A stretch of DNA of 64,000 nt from Tubiluchus corallicola (GCA_030141605.1 JAQGDQ010000361.1:62001-126000); one strand, 5' to 3'. Counted from the first letter of the stretch, positions 11,881 to 25,151 are shown. Program-made: numbers and translations. Notes: generated by a model from the letters alone, not told the origin.

Positions 11881-12670
11881 AAGTCAAGCTAAACCCCCAC
11901 TATGATATAAGCTTTTACAGCTTAAAATCCTACTCTCGTTACGAATATTCAATTTATTTTATTATAAACTTGCTGTAAAACTTGTTTTTTTTTCGATTTT
12001 TTATCACTTTGTTGTTAGCGGTATTAAATTTGAAAAACCGCCATTTTTCGTTGCGCGAGACAAATGACGTAAAGTATACAGTCACGAGGTCACCAATGAT
12101 CGGTAAACAAACATCGGTAACCAAAGATGAAATGAAACTTCATACGTCATTCTCGTTCACTCGCGCCAAAGCCGGCGATCTATACGCAATAGACGCATTC
12201 GAAATTCAGCAGAAAAAGGTAAGTCATTTAATTTATAAGTTTCTTTTGTTTAATAATAACTATGAATTCTTTCTGTAATCACAATAATGCATCAAAAAAC
12301 TTCAGTGTCTGTTGGACTTTAATTACTTACAAATCCTTATTATATTTATGAGTACAGTGGCAGTAATACTGGTACTTTGAAGATCTGCCATTTTTCGTTG
12401 CGCGAAACGAATGACGTCATGAGTATAGTCACGAGGTCTCCAAAGATCGGTAACTAAAGACGCTTTCTGTACCTCGTACGTCATTCTCGCTCATTGGTGC
12501 CAAAGACGAGAAACTTGGCGATCTTTACGGTAATACACCCATTTAAAATTCACCAGAAAAAGTTATTTAATTTAGAAGTCTCCTAAATTGTTTAATAATA
12601 ACAATGAATTCTGTGTGTAATCACAAATATGCATTAAAAAATTTAGTGTCTATTGAGGTTATAGAGACCT
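11881..12670 (+). mobile_element. Kolobok-like MITE family D with internal tandem duplication
   Basis: TTAA 11877-11880 and TTAG 12671-12674; ~12040-12310 repeated at ~12385-12655; reverse copy at 36734-37529. Confidence 0.7.
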
Positions 12671-13044
12671 TTAGATAGTTATAAACCAGGTTAATAATTG
12701 CAACTCACCTGACAGTATATAAACAGCTCAAAACATAAGGTACACGTACGCGTGATTTTAAGGTATGATCAGAAATTAAAGGACATTTTCCGTTATTGGA
12801 AAAAAAGGTTTTGCTTTTATATAATTAATATTTTCAAAGTAGCGTCACCGCAATTTCTAGTAAGTGTAGTTAGTATTTGCACAGAATTTGCACTGCTATC
12901 ATTAACCAAAAGTTGCTTCATTAATTGTTCAATTCTTATTGGAAAATAATAGATGGGCCCTCATTTTCTGCATCAGTAATAGCAATGAGCATCGTCAATC
13001 TTTCCAAGCTAACCAAATTAGTTGTGAATTTTTAAAGAGCTTGG

Positions 13045-13700
13045 CAAATTCAATTCAATTCTAATCAAATTTTTATTTCGGTAACTAAGACCATATAAAA
13101 TACAAATACAGTAAAAAAATGAAATAAAATACAATGAAATAAAAATCACTAAGTAAGTAAATATATATACAGGGTAAACAAATTTTAGAGGCTAATTATG
13201 TAATAGTTCGTTCCATTTCACAAAACGCAAGATTTGACAAGTATATTGGAGTCAATAATAGTAAGCAAACACATTGTCTAGTTTTGATACACATTTAGAG
13301 TGAACTAAATTTTGATATTGGTTTTCCACACACGCTTCGCAATGGGTGAGCTAGACATATGTGAACACGCAGATCCATGTTTTTTACAGCAGCATCAAGG
13401 ATTTCTGTACTACGTTTTAGCTTTGCATTGGTGCAGCTGCTGTAAGTCTTCTGGAACTGCTGGAGGGATAACTTTTATTGCTAGAAAACATGCTTCCATA
13501 TGTTTTAGAAATGGTATAAACTTATTTTTTGTTTTTCGTGTACGATGGCATTGATGAGCATTTTTGAACACATCATGTGTGGCAATTGAGATGTGGCAAC
13601 TAGAGTAGTTCGTCTCATTATCTATCAGATCAGTGAAATCAGTTTGCCTTTTTAAATACGAAGGTTGCGAAAATATCACTATTTCTCAAGTTTCGAAATG
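13045..13700 (-). mobile_element. Highly decayed non-LTR retrotransposon 3' end, possibly Tx1/L1-like
   Basis: Minus-strand AATAAA plus (TTGAA)n-like tail near 13050-13080; relic CC...HM..SPIAKRVW resembles a C-terminal CCHC knuckle. Confidence 0.35.
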
Positions 13701-13799
13701 GAAAACGCGAAATCTCATTGTTCTGATGGACAGTGAGACGAACTTCTCGATTTGCGACCACATCACCAATACCTCACGTGTTGTGCACTTGTATATGAA

Positions 13800-13989
<190 letters not shown>

Positions 13990-14582
13990 CCATAGAAATA
14001 CTGTTATTGGCATTCATATACATACGTTTTACTGATACTTTCACAGTCCTTAAATGCGAAAAAGCACTTCTTTAATATAATATAATCTGCTTTAATCCAA
14101 ATCACTCACCTGAATGGTTGTACAGTCAACAAAACTGACCTTATGCTAAGGCATCACGGGCATTGATAAATCTTCAGGAAAGTTATTCTTGAGTATGATG
14201 ACTGATGGAAAAACTATCATAATGGTTAGTCCCCCTCCAGCTCGCAAAGCTTTAAGTAGTGCTTAGTCTAGCACAGACACACTGCAAGAAACCTAAATCG
14301 CACAGTCACAATTATTAATTCAGCAGATCTAAATCCTCTTAACTAGTGTGCAACTTTGAATGATCTTCTTCAAGGAAAAAAAGATAAATCCTCATTAACC
14401 TTCGCTAAACTGTAGAAACGTCGTAATGCTGTCGCTTCTTGCAAAAAATATAAAATCGATAAAAACCGCTTAAACTTTGGCTTAAAACGAAGAAAATTCC
14501 ACTAATTGTTGACATTTATGCGTGGAGTAAACTGGACGTATAAAATTATTTAGAAGATACCATTACGCTATAGCAGCACAAT

Positions 14583-14963
14583 AAGCCTTTTCGCAGTTTG
14601 TGCACAGGCGCAGTTGTTGTAGGTCAAAGGCTAAATGTACAACAGCCACGCGTTTTCTCTATAACCGTCACGTGACGTGTGTAAAACAAAATAGTCTGCT
14701 GCATCAGTTCAGTAGTTTCATTTGTTTCACGTGGACTTCTTAATTATGTATTAGTCTGTGTTTTAGAGTGTTTTACTAGCAAGATCTTGCTAAAGAAACA
14801 AGTTAAAACAACAAGGTACGGTTCTAGCTAGCTGTTAAAACTGTTACAATTACAATAGCATGGGCTCAGAGTCATTGTCAAGTGTACACAAATGCGTTGT
14901 CTTGTACACTTCACATTTGACTTTTTCGCGATCACCATCAATCGCTGGACCTGTGAAAGGCTT
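14583..14963 (+). mobile_element. TIR MITE family C (AT-flanked, possibly ISL2EU/PHIS group)
   Basis: TIR AAGCCTTTTCGCAG / CTGTGAAAGGCTT flanked by AT; copies at 33256, 40325, 44160 and 48946. Superfamily is tentative. Confidence 0.75.
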
Positions 14964-15454
14964 ATTTTATTTTAAACTTTTATATTGGAGATGAACTGCG
15001 CAATGTACACAGTACAGGTACTTCAAGAAAAAGCCATTCTGTTTGCTGGTTGCTATGATGTAGCTCTTCACACACTATAAATTTTAGCTTCGTCAAACTA
15101 ATGAGAAATTTGCAAACTTAATTAATTTAATGCCCGTGAGATGCTGATGCTGCAGTTTTGATAAACTGTGATGCCAAACAGGCGTTGCTCCGGTGTGAGA
15201 AAACTGCAGTCCATTTGGCTTGTTATTAATGACCATGTTACTTTTGCTCCTCCTTCGCCAGAGAGAAAATTCTAATTTCAATTTTGTAATTTGTCTAAAA
15301 CTTGGTCGGTCGACTCTACAAGGTTTTTGCTGGGAAAACTCTTGCTGCATGTGTTTGACAATATAATGATGTCCTGTGTAGCAGCAGCAGTAGCAGTAGT
15401 AGTAGTTTATTGACCGTAAAATTAATATTTACTATCGTTAAGTCGGATAGCAGA

Positions 15455-15736
15455 TTTCAAAAAACGGCAACCTTATACAAAGGTTAAAAAATTTTCATTT
15501 GCAGTGTCGGTAAAAAATATGATAATCACTGAGCTGAGCTTAGAGAATTTTTTCAAAATTGTAAAACTTCATTATAGTAATTGCAAAAATTAGTGTGTGT
15601 TTTTATTCATAAGCTTTCAAAATATTAAATCAAAACTCAAATACAAAACTGCTATTCATAATTGACGATAAGGTGTAAAGTCTACATTTTGAATGTTCTT
15701 CTAGTTTCAGTTGTTAAATGACAGTCCATCAAAACG
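15455..15736 (+). repeat. Unclassified interspersed repeat E (partner ~35335-35621)
   Basis: Shared blocks such as TGCTATTCATAATTGACG and CAGTCCATCAAAAC. Confidence 0.75.
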
Positions 15737-16929
15737 TGCTTTTCAGTTTGGATTTCTTCACAATTACAGAGTCTGTGTCTTCTATTATAGTCAGAGGCAT
15801 ATTTGTATGCGCTTGTATAGTTGGGTTTATGGCGTTACATCAGGTTTGACGTTGTTTTTATGCTCTGTAAAAGTGTTACGCACCATTTTGTATTTGTATT
15901 TATTTTTGGTATTTTGTATGTAATGACCGTGTGATCTTGTAAATACGTTTTCAATTGTTGAGAGTGGTGTTATGCCACCTGCGTAGTTACTTATAATTGT
16001 TGATGTGATAAATGTTACTACCGCCCCCTTGAATAATGCGTTGCTGTCAATTCGTTTATTATTCAAAGTGGGCGTTTTAATCAATGAAATTAAAACTATA
16101 ATTCTTTAAATCTCTGAATTTCTACCTTACAGGACAAATTATTTATACTCTTGCGTTCCCGTGACCCCAACACTTTCATCTTTTATTAGCTTCATTATCA
16201 CTCATTCTATTTTTGCAGCTTATCTTCAACATCAAACACATCATAACCAACCTGTCCTCCCCTTTCGCACACCCGCTATTGAAAAAAAGTTACATATCTT
16301 TCTCAATCTCGCTGTACTTAATGCATAACTAACAGTTCTTGTAATCGTGTGCCTAACTTATAAATGACGTATCTACTCACTGAAAGGCTTTTATTTATGT
16401 CATACCTGGTAGCCAATCAGCATTTGATAAATTACCCATTGTTTTTTGTTATAAATGTACTTATGTTTGTAATGGTTCTTATCAAATAAAAATATTGTTT
16501 AAAGTAAATAATGCAAAGCGCTAGAAATTTTCCCGCGACTTGAAATATTTTTGAGCAAGAGGTAAATTGAGTTTGAATTTGTTAATTTTGTTCAAAGACG
16601 CTGTAATTTAATTTTCTTGCGTTTTTCTTGAGAATAAGCTAAAGTTAAATTACCAGTTTCTTAATAATTAGTAATTTGAAATATTTTGAATCTAATTAAT
16701 ATGCTTAATAGGGATTATTTTATACTTAGGCGGATGAATATATAACGTGGAGAACGAGATGCAAGTTGTGTTTTCTGCTTAGATTAAACTTTTTGTTATA
16801 ATTGTGTAATGTATACCGTCACTTTGTTCGTCCGTTAATTTTCATAAACAAAAGAAAAGGAGAATTCATCACGTAAACCATATTTTTCCTAGAAATTATA
16901 AAATTAAAAAGTATAGATACTGCTATTGC

Positions 16930-17310
16930 CAGGGCCCGATTATGACCTTTTTGGGGCCCCTAGCTTAATGAAATTCATGGGAGCCACCCTCTAATTTACT
17001 CGCACTCGTCTCGAATATTTTTTACTTGTGACATATTTTAGCAACATCTGCATAGCTGAAAGCCCCATTTCAAATGAAGCGCTTCAAGGAGGGGCTTTAT
17101 CTCAAATAAAGAGATTCAAATGAGGGCCGTTTGTCTCAAATAAAACGCCTCAAGCAGGGATCTTTTATCACAAATGAGGAGCCAATTTAAAACTTGATTT
17201 TCAGACTTCCTGATTTTCGTTTTTAAAGACAGCAATGCAAAGTTTGGACTTCCAAGCTTGGGGGGCTCTAACCTGCAGCCTATACTATCTTATAGGGTAA
17301 TTCAGCCCTG
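16930..17310 (+). mobile_element. hAT MITE
   Basis: TIR CAGGGCCCGATTA / TAATTCAGCCCTG; TSD GCTATTGC / GCTGTTGC; related to 52560-52925. Confidence 0.8.
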
Positions 17311-18050
17311 GCTGTTGCCCTACTAGCTTTAATCAGGTGAATATTTTCTGGGACGTAAGAGTGAACAGTGATACTGTAACAAGTGAATTCATATTGAGAG
17401 CCATACGCGGCATTCAAATGACGTAAGCCCAAAATTTCATTTCAGTTGAGTTTTTTCACAAGATTATATTGCAGGGACTTTGAGCTGGCTCGAAGGAAGC
17501 CCATTGTTTGCGGGATTTGCCAGTCTGTTGAATCTCCTGCAAGTAATAATGACTTGATTAGGGGCTTCATCTCTTCTTAGTCGAAAGAGCCCAAGTCACA
17601 GATGAGACAAGAACTTGCCAATGTAATAACCTACAATGCAATAAATACAGAAAGCAACAAAACTGCTTGGGGCTGTCTTTTGGGGACTGGGACTGTTCGA
17701 AAAAGTATGGCAAGCGATAATTTGCAGATTTGCCATTCATTTTGATAACTGTTTGATCTTCAGGTTTTTCTACGACTTCTTTTTCATAGAGCTGCTGTTC
17801 CTAACACCGCAAATTTTCTGGTATAAGGTTTATGTTAGTATGTCACACCTAAGTCACTGCTGGGAGATATGTTTCTAAAATGCCGATTTGGTCTTCATGC
17901 TTATAAATCTTGTCTAATATGAATTGCTGAGGCTCATATAATATTAAAATCATGACAATAACAGAACATGGCGGCTGTAAGAAATCTATTTTCTTTGTCT
18001 AGCCTCTTTTACTTGATTTGGCATCCATTTCTAATACTGGTTTTGCGTAA

Positions 18051-18686
18051 AGGTGCCGTGACTTCACGTGTACGTAATGCGTGATGCTTGATGCATGATG
18101 CGTGATCCATATTCATTCGTACGTAATCGCTGTCGTCTGAATACGCATCACGATGCAATACGCAAACGGGAAACCTCCGTTGCCTAGGTGATTATAGCGA
18201 GTTTTGAAGTTTCCAGTAGCCATTTTCGCTGTTTAGCTTCTGAAAATTCTAGTTAGGAGAGTTTTGTTCACTTTTAGGACCTATAAACAATAACATTTTT
18301 TCTATTTGACTTTTTGAGAGATGTTGTTGTTGCTGTAGTGAAAGCAAATATGTTGCGCATCTAACTGCTGTATCACTAATGGACGATACGTGCCATATTG
18401 TTTTCTCCCCTGCAAAATGCTGTGCATCCAAAACGTGTGCTTTCTATTGAACTTTTCTGTCTAATAGTACAATGCTGCAGCTGTAATTATCACGTTTAAA
18501 TTTCCAAAGAGACATGGTTTTCAAAAATTATTGCTGGCAATTTTCACTCATAGCGACAAAAATGGCGGAAAGAGCGCCGTGGGCTTTGTTAATACGCATA
18601 GCGTTTAAGGACACATGGAAACAGTCAGTACGCATCACTCACTACGGATCACACATCAAGCATTACGCGTACATGGTGTCGTACCT
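18051..18686. mobile_element. PIF/Harbinger-like foldback MITE
   Basis: TAA on both sides; AGGT...ACCT ends; inverted subterminal GTAATGC/GTGATGC repeats. Confidence 0.6.
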
Positions 18687-18864
18687 TAAACGTAGACTGA
18701 TTAAAATTTAACGCTGCTTATCATGTAAAGCGCTTGTACTGATGACCAAACGTCTGCTGTCTACACACACGTCTCAAAAATCACTACACACACTTTGATT
18801 TCCAATTTTCTTCTAAAATACTTCTCTAATTTCGAAATGTTCTCACATGAATCAAAAGGCGAAA

Positions 18865-18995
18865 TCCCGTTGCTATGGCGACGACAGTAACGTTAGAAAA
18901 GAAGTGCAAAGACCGCTTGTTAGGAGGTCCTCCAATCACCAACTGGTGATCAGCTGAAATTTAGAGCACCACATCGACTACACTGTTTTTCACTA
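18865..18995. repeat. Interspersed repeat G fragment (inverted partner ~20549-20640)
   Basis: GGTGATCAGCTGAAATT versus AATTTCAGCTGATCACC plus flanking similarity. Confidence 0.6.
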
Positions 18996-19114
18996 CTAAC
19001 AATGTAGTTTTTCAACGTTGTGCAGCCACCTTCTTCATTACCCATGAATTGTGAGAGACTTTCTCAATGCAAGATCCTTGACTTGCCGTGGGACTAGTTT
19101 ATAAAGGTCTTTAG

Positions 19115-19703
19115 AGCACAAGAAAACCCCAAGGGCTTGCGTCGGCAGTAACGCTGTATAAAACTTGTAGATTTAAACTCCCGTGATGACCGTTAGACAC
19201 AGCCATTTTGAAGATAAGTCATTTGAAACAAGTTTAGATTTTACTGAGTAAAGTTTGAAAAAATAATCTGAGCATTCGTAGTGCACACGTCACTAACTAA
19301 GTAAACTTTTAGGTTACTGTATCTTGTCAATAAGATTAAAAATACGCTTTTTGATTAGTGAGTGATGCAGCCTGGAGGTGAGTCAGCGATATTTTACCAT
19401 GAAAACATTTTAAGTAATTAATAATTTTCTTTTTTAATTTTCGAAATGCTAAGTAATACAAATTTGCACGGAAAGTTTTTTGGGACATAGTTAACATTTC
19501 TTGTTCTTCCCCTGATTTAAGTTGTGCATGCATGACGTCATGTAATGGCACGGTTGGAACCAGTATTGCCGGAGATTTAAAATGAAAACAAACAAAAAAT
19601 CCTTTCAATGCGAGTATGATATACGCATAAATTGCTGTAAAGTAATATAATTTTTTAAGGTGATTTTTCTGAAACCTACTGCAGGTACCCATTTTCTTGT
19701 CCT
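19115..19703 (-). mobile_element. Kolobok-like MITE family B, long form
   Basis: TTAG then AGCACAAGAAAA; ends TTTTCTTGTCCT then TTAA 19704-19707; internal end-like TTCTTCCCCT ends at 19513. Confidence 0.8.
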
Positions 19704-21269
19704 TTAAGTCCTGGAAAAAAAACTGCCCAAGGCTTTAGTTCATCTGTACCAGTTTCCGAACATTTTGTTTCTTTCCGTAAAAAAATATTTAAAAAAATGT
19801 AAAGTGTATTGACCTAGACTGAGACACATTCTATATTGTAGTTTTTTGCTTACAAAATCCTATTTCATTTATGCTAAAGGTTTCTAAACAGCGCACAAAA
19901 AGCAGTGCACTTACTTTTAACATTTTTATCTACTATTTAACGACAGCTTGCAAAATCGACCGTGTTTTGGCGCCATTTTCATTGTCTGTATTAAGAGCTC
20001 AGAAATCAGTTTATTATTCTTGTAAATGTAGGTAGTCAAAACTACAGAACAAATGTGGTCTTAGCGAAAGTGCAGCACTTTCTAATGACTTTCTAAAGCG
20101 CGACAAAAGCTGCGTGTGAAGACCGTTTTGAAGCGAGAGTTTGAAACCATAATTAATTTTACGGTGTTGAATAGTTTTTGTTGACAGCTTGGTTTATAAC
20201 AACTTAAAGTAATGCCAACTATTGTAAAGTGTTTAAATGACATGTTCTGGTAACTGTTAATTGTAGTCACCGCTATATTACTGTGTTGCATTTGGCGACA
20301 CCTACAGTGCTTCACACTGGACGTGCCGGTTTTTTCAACGCTCTGTAAAGCTAATTTTATATGTACAGTATATTAAACTCCCGCAGTTCTTTATGTGTTA
20401 GCTGAGAGGAATTCTTAAAAGACATTACAGTGTAAAAGTTAAATGGAAGATGAAATAAAAAAAATTAGCAGTTCTTTATAGGTAATTAAAACCCAAAATA
20501 AGTGTTGAGTGCCGGTTTGAAACTTTAGAGGACATATATTTGAGGAAGGTGAAAATACGTAGTGTGGTCCATGTGATTCCTTGAATTTCAGCTGATCACC
20601 TCATTTCTAAGATTGCTGTCGTCTCTATGGCCGCGGGGTTCCATTCAAGAAATAAATAAGAAGAACTGCCAAACGCACGTTTTTCTTGTAAGAGCTTTCT
20701 GAGACTGGAAAAATATTATAAAGAAAATTAGAAATTTAAGTGTACAGTGACTTTAAAGCACTCTGCTTGTACATGCAACGTGCTCCAGTCGCCGGATGTG
20801 TGAACAACGTTGTGGTGTGAACAGTACCTAAATACATCAACATTTTCTGGTTCACAAAGTTCCAGAAAAAATATTTTCGTTTTTGGGAAATGATATGAGT
20901 AGGAAATGAAATGATATGAATGGGTAGCCATAACTTTTATTCGAGGCTCAAATTGCAATTCTTTAAATTTATTTGCCATAAAACGCAAGCTTAACTTTGT
21001 GGCAGTATAATCTGATATATCCCGATAATTTATAGTATAACTAGAAGTTAGGTCTGAGTTCTGTAATTAGATGAAAGTGATAATTCACAATATTCATGTC
21101 GACATATTAAAATTAATTACTCTAGCCGAGGCGGGTATTGAATTTAGGCATAATTTGACCTGCTTATAACACTTTGAATTACCAACCAGTCTGCACAATA
21201 TGCCGAATTCTTGCACCACGCTTTAGCTAGTGCATAACTGGGCGTAATTTCAGGGTACACGTGTTACAC

Positions 21270-21390
21270 CCTATAGCTCAATGGTAGAGTACTCGCTTCG
21301 CACCCAGAAGGTCGCGGGTTCGACTCCCGAACGAGACGTATCAAAGATTTAAAAAGTGGTACAGCTGGTTCTTTGACTAAGCACGCGAGG
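21270..21390 (+). mobile_element. tRNA-derived SINE with Meta-like core
   Basis: A box TAGCTCAATGGTAGA, B box GGTTCGACTCCC, then TATCAAAGATTTAAAAAGTGGTACAGCTG...CTAAGCACGC; no acceptor stem. Confidence 0.7.
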
Positions 21391-21593
21391 TTATAGCAAT
21401 ATAATATGCGGGAAATAATAACTATTGAGTCACTTAAGGTAAGAAAACGTAAGAAAAATGAGAAAATGACTCATTGCCACACTTTTCTTCAAAAAGTTTG
21501 TATTTATTTATACATGTGGAATTGATTTAATATCAGTTTTTCTGAACCTGTTAGCCAATCATTTTAACTTTCTATTGTACCTTCTCTTCAAGT

Positions 21594-21874
21594 CAGGGCC
21601 TATTTAAAGGGGGGGGGAAGTGGGGATACTTCCCCGGGGCCTCACCCTCCAGGGGGGCCTCGCGCCGAGGTAACATTATTTTTTTTGCTTTATGCGAACA
21701 TACTGTATAATTCCATATTTTCTCTTCGAAAATGCTTCTCCGGCGTTTTAGCAGTTCAAAAATTTTCTGGACGCCAACCATGGTAGCGCCCGCCCCCCGG
21801 CGCTTCGCCCCCCTCCCGAGGAGGCCTCACACACCCCACTTTCCCGGGCCTCGCTTAGACTAAAATAGGCCCTA
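21594..21874 (+). mobile_element. hAT MITE, GC-rich
   Basis: Perfect 8-bp TSD CTTCAAGT at 21586-21593 and 21875-21882; TIR CAGGGCCTATTT / AAATAGGCCCTA. Confidence 0.9.
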
Positions 21875-21944
21875 CTTCAAGTGTATGTTTTGAATTGAAT
21901 TGAATTATACATACATACAATCACACATACAAATTGTCGACACA

Positions 21945-22597
21945 TTATAAAATATACGAGTCACTGTGAGCAGGAGAAGGAAGCTCTCTTAAGGCTTTGA
22001 GTTAAATTAGAAAAAAACCCACAGATGTTTAGATCCTGTGGGGTAGATATGCATTCAGTATTTTTCGGAAATTGGAGTATACATGTAGTAAAGTTCCGAG
22101 GAGCCAAAATGTGAAAATTAGGGCAAACGGTTCTGTCACTCGACTCCTCTTATAATATTGGCTACGAGTCACTGTTTATGCATGTATGGGTAACCTGGCA
22201 AGAGTAGATGTGCACTAAGTATTTTTTGAAAAGTGGGCATGGCTAGGTCGATCACGTGACATAGGTGAAAGTGTTAAATTGAGGTCTGGAGAATAACTGC
22301 AAAACTAAAAAGCTAGAGCCATGAAATTTGCAGACAAGACACCTTAGGTAGGGGACTAACGCTAGTATACTGTTAATGTGTACTAAGTATTTTTCAAAAA
22401 TTTCAAAAAGTGACGTGACATGTTTAAAAGTTTTGAAATGGGGGTCTGATCAATGACTCTCTAACTAATTTTCTAGGTAATTATGCGTGGAGAATTGAGC
22501 AATAGCAAAATTATAATCTTGATATAAATGTCAAGTGAGCAAAGATTTTTCACACTCAGCAGTTGCAATTTTGGCCATAATGCAGACTCTCAAGTTT
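21945..22597. mobile_element. Possible Helentron-associated non-autonomous element
   Basis: Two diverged ~170-bp internal units (ACTAAGTATTTTT...CGTGACAT...GGTCTG) and an end resembling GACTCTCAAGTTT; class inferred only. Confidence 0.35.
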
Positions 22598-22781
22598 ACA
22601 ACTTTGTCATAAACACAGTCTAGATATAAACGTGAAACTATTAGTGGTATTTGTAGACAACACTTTATAGGTTTCCAAATTTTGTATCAGTCAGACAGTG
22701 ACTGTACGATCTACTTTACAGTCGATTTACAGCCGAGTTTTTACCGAGATGACTTGAAAAGATCTTTAGGAATCACAAAAA

Positions 22782-23065
22782 TCACAAGTAAGTTTTTAAA
22801 TTGGATTTAAAAGTATCGAAATTTTTGCACGTTTTTTGTTCGTTCCAATAGCAAGGACCACATGCTCTGAAGGATCGTTTATGAGCCATAGTGTGTTTGA
22901 AAACAGGTTGCACCAAAAGCTGGTGATCATCAAATCTTAACCTATAGCTAGTACGACGTAAAATCACAAGGTCAGATAAGTACTTAAGTGCCATTTGAAT
23001 GACAGCTTTAAACCCATAGCTAAAATTTGAAATTACATGCGGTATTTGACTGGCAACCAATGGTA
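22782..23065 (-). mobile_element. L2/CR1-group LINE ORF2 C-terminal fragment
   Basis: KYLSDLV...YRLR...LLVQP...KRSFRACGPCYWN...FDTFKSNLKTYL matches the typical L2 ORF2 tail. Confidence 0.8.
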
Positions 23066-23291
23066 AAGCGTGGATGTAATGTGGTCATGTCACATATCTA
23101 AAAACAGCTGTAGAGATTCTATCCTGATCATGAAGCAGTATATCTAAAAAAGATAAAGAATTATTATTTTCAATATCTCATATAAATAGCGCGAGGTTGA
23201 CACCAGTTAAATAATAAAAAACAACAAAGGTATGTAATTCACAGATCTGAACAATATCTATATAACGTACAGCTTACCACTTATCCTGTCG

Positions 23292-24332
23292 TTACAGTCC
23301 AATCCAGTCAGGTGGCCAGTAGTCATCTGCTACAAACCAGTGGCTTGCATCTCTATAACCATCAGGAAGCATGCCTTTATAATATATTACAGTTCCTTTG
23401 GATAAATACCCGCACCAGAAACTGAAAGTGCCCACAGTCGTGATCATATGATCACACAGATGACTCACAATGCACATGTCAACCAGTGGCTCGCTTTTTC
23501 TTGGCATAAATACAACATCAGATCCTTTGACGTTTTTCAAGTTCCAGGATGCATCATCACCAATAACAACGAAAACGACTTTCTTAAACATTTTGTTCAT
23601 GTAATCCATTGCTCGCTGGATATAGTGAGCAGGGGCAGCGTGCAAAGCAGAGCTCAATATGTCTCCTCTTCTCACGTGAATTCCAACGAGTGTAAAATTT
23701 CGGGAAGTCCAAAAGTCAGTGAAATGAATTTGCGAGCTTAACTGCTTATGAAGCACCTCCTTAGCCTTTTCAATCGTGTCACTGTTAAAGAGAAACTCAT
23801 TTCTAATGTCATTTTCAAATTCTTTGAAAAACTTATAGGACTGCATGAAACCCGACAAGCTGATGTTCTGTGCTGTATCAAAACAGAATATTAATTGCTG
23901 AGAACAAGGGTAGAACTTGTGACTATAATTTAATGTAACTTCTCGACAGTGCTGCTTAAGGTAAGAATAACTCTTTGAGATCACTGGTTGTATAGTTAAT
24001 CGAGGAAAAAGTTTGAATAAAGAAAATGTTTCTGGTAACACTGGAGTGAAATTGTTTGTTTTAGCTATGCCATATAATGAAGCGTAATAGAACATCTGAT
24101 TGCCAAGTCTTCCTGGAAACAATGCCACGGTTATATAATGCGTCGAGTTCTTCAGCTTTGTGGGGAACTTTTTTTCTCGTTCCTCAATTTCCATTCCAAA
24201 TTTAAAGTATTTCATGCCGTCGTATCGATGCAGTAGCACATGAGTTACTTTCCAATAGAGTAAACTGATGCAAGCAAGCAAATACGCCGCAAATATTAAC
24301 CAAAACAAACATCTATCTCTTGAGCTCTTCAT
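23292..24332 (-). CDS. Galactoside 2-alpha-L-fucosyltransferase (GT11, FUT1/FUT2-like), uninterrupted CDS, 346 aa
   Basis: N-terminal type II TM segment; GT11 motifs GRLGNQMF..ASLYGIA, LSGFMQSYKFF, VGIHVRRGD, CDHMITTVGTFSFWCGYL, and C-terminal DYWPPDWIGL. Confidence 0.95.
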   Translation of the reverse strand: MKSSRDRCLFWLIFAAYLLACISLLYWKVTHVLLHRYDGMKYFKFGMEIEEREKKFPTKLKNSTHYITVALFPGRLGNQMFYYASLYGIAKTNNFTPVLPETFSLFKLFPRLTIQPVISKSYSYLKQHCREVTLNYSHKFYPCSQQLIFCFDTAQNISLSGFMQSYKFFKEFENDIRNEFLFNSDTIEKAKEVLHKQLSSQIHFTDFWTSRNFTLVGIHVRRGDILSSALHAAPAHYIQRAMDYMNKMFKKVVFVVIGDDASWNLKNVKGSDVVFMPRKSEPLVDMCIVSHLCDHMITTVGTFSFWCGYLSKGTVIYYKGMLPDGYRDASHWFVADDYWPPDWIGL

Positions 24333-24819
24333 GAGTGCTTGTTATTAAATATAAACCACGATAAAATGTTATTTCAAACCACTACAAATCATTTAGTGTA
24401 ATCAGTTCAGAGCAAGAGTATGCCTTCCACACCTTTTTAACGTTTATGATACTAAACTTTAGTTTGCTGTGTTTTATAGTTTGTTTTGTTACGGCAGGTT
24501 GTCTGCAGAGTATGTTATTTCTGAGTAAATTTAGCTTTATTTGCGTTAGCTTTGACGTGCAGTGACGTAGTTGCATAAAGTAGAGAAAAAGATAAAAAAT
24601 CTTGAAGGAAAATCAAGACATGTCAATGATAACTCTTCCTCACATCTCGACTGCTCATTTTTGATCGCAGCCAAATTGTCTTTTACCTGTAACGTTTGAG
24701 CGAAGCAGATTTTTCACAAACTTGAACTTTTTTACGTGTCTGCTGTAGAATTTCTACATACTAACTTCATACCTGGCAAACTTTCTCTATATTTGCCGGC
24801 TCCAAAAACGGTAAAATGT

Positions 24820-24820
24820 A

Positions 24821-24916
<96 letters not shown>

Positions 24917-24975
24917 CAGCAGCAGCTGCAGCAGCAACAGCAGCAGCAGCAACAACAGCAGCAGCAGCAGTAGTA
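24820..24975. repeat. (TAG)n-(CAG)n microsatellite
   Basis: Direct reading. Confidence 0.97.
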
Positions 24976-25151
24976 ATTTATTGACATGGAGTGAGATATA
25001 TTACTAGTAAAATAACAACATCCATCTTATGTCTAGAAAGAAACAAGTTCTATACTATAGAGCATTACTATAGAGCAAAAATAAAAATAAAACAAAACAC
25101 ACACACGCACGCACGCACGCACGCACACACACCCACACACACACACCCACC

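Noticed and set aside
15827-16084. 85-aa minus-strand ORF in unique-looking DNA
   Set aside because: Non-ATG start and no recognisable motif or splice context.
17400-17660. Acceptor-like TTGCATTGTAG on the minus strand and a CGIC motif on the plus strand
   Set aside because: All three frames after the acceptor close early, and the plus-strand peptide is too short to assign.
21270-21345. Functional tRNA gene (also 29620 and 56800)
   Set aside because: A and B boxes are present but acceptor stems do not pair; the 21270 copy continues into a SINE core.
23448-23741. Antisense ORFs over the fucosyltransferase and TMEM200 CDSs
   Set aside because: Shadow frames of real genes.
23292-24332. Bacterial horizontal origin of the GT11 gene
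   Set aside because: It has an N-terminal type II anchor and animal-type motifs (ASLYGIA, GTFSFW..YL..G.VIY, PPDWIGL); lack of introns is normal for this family.
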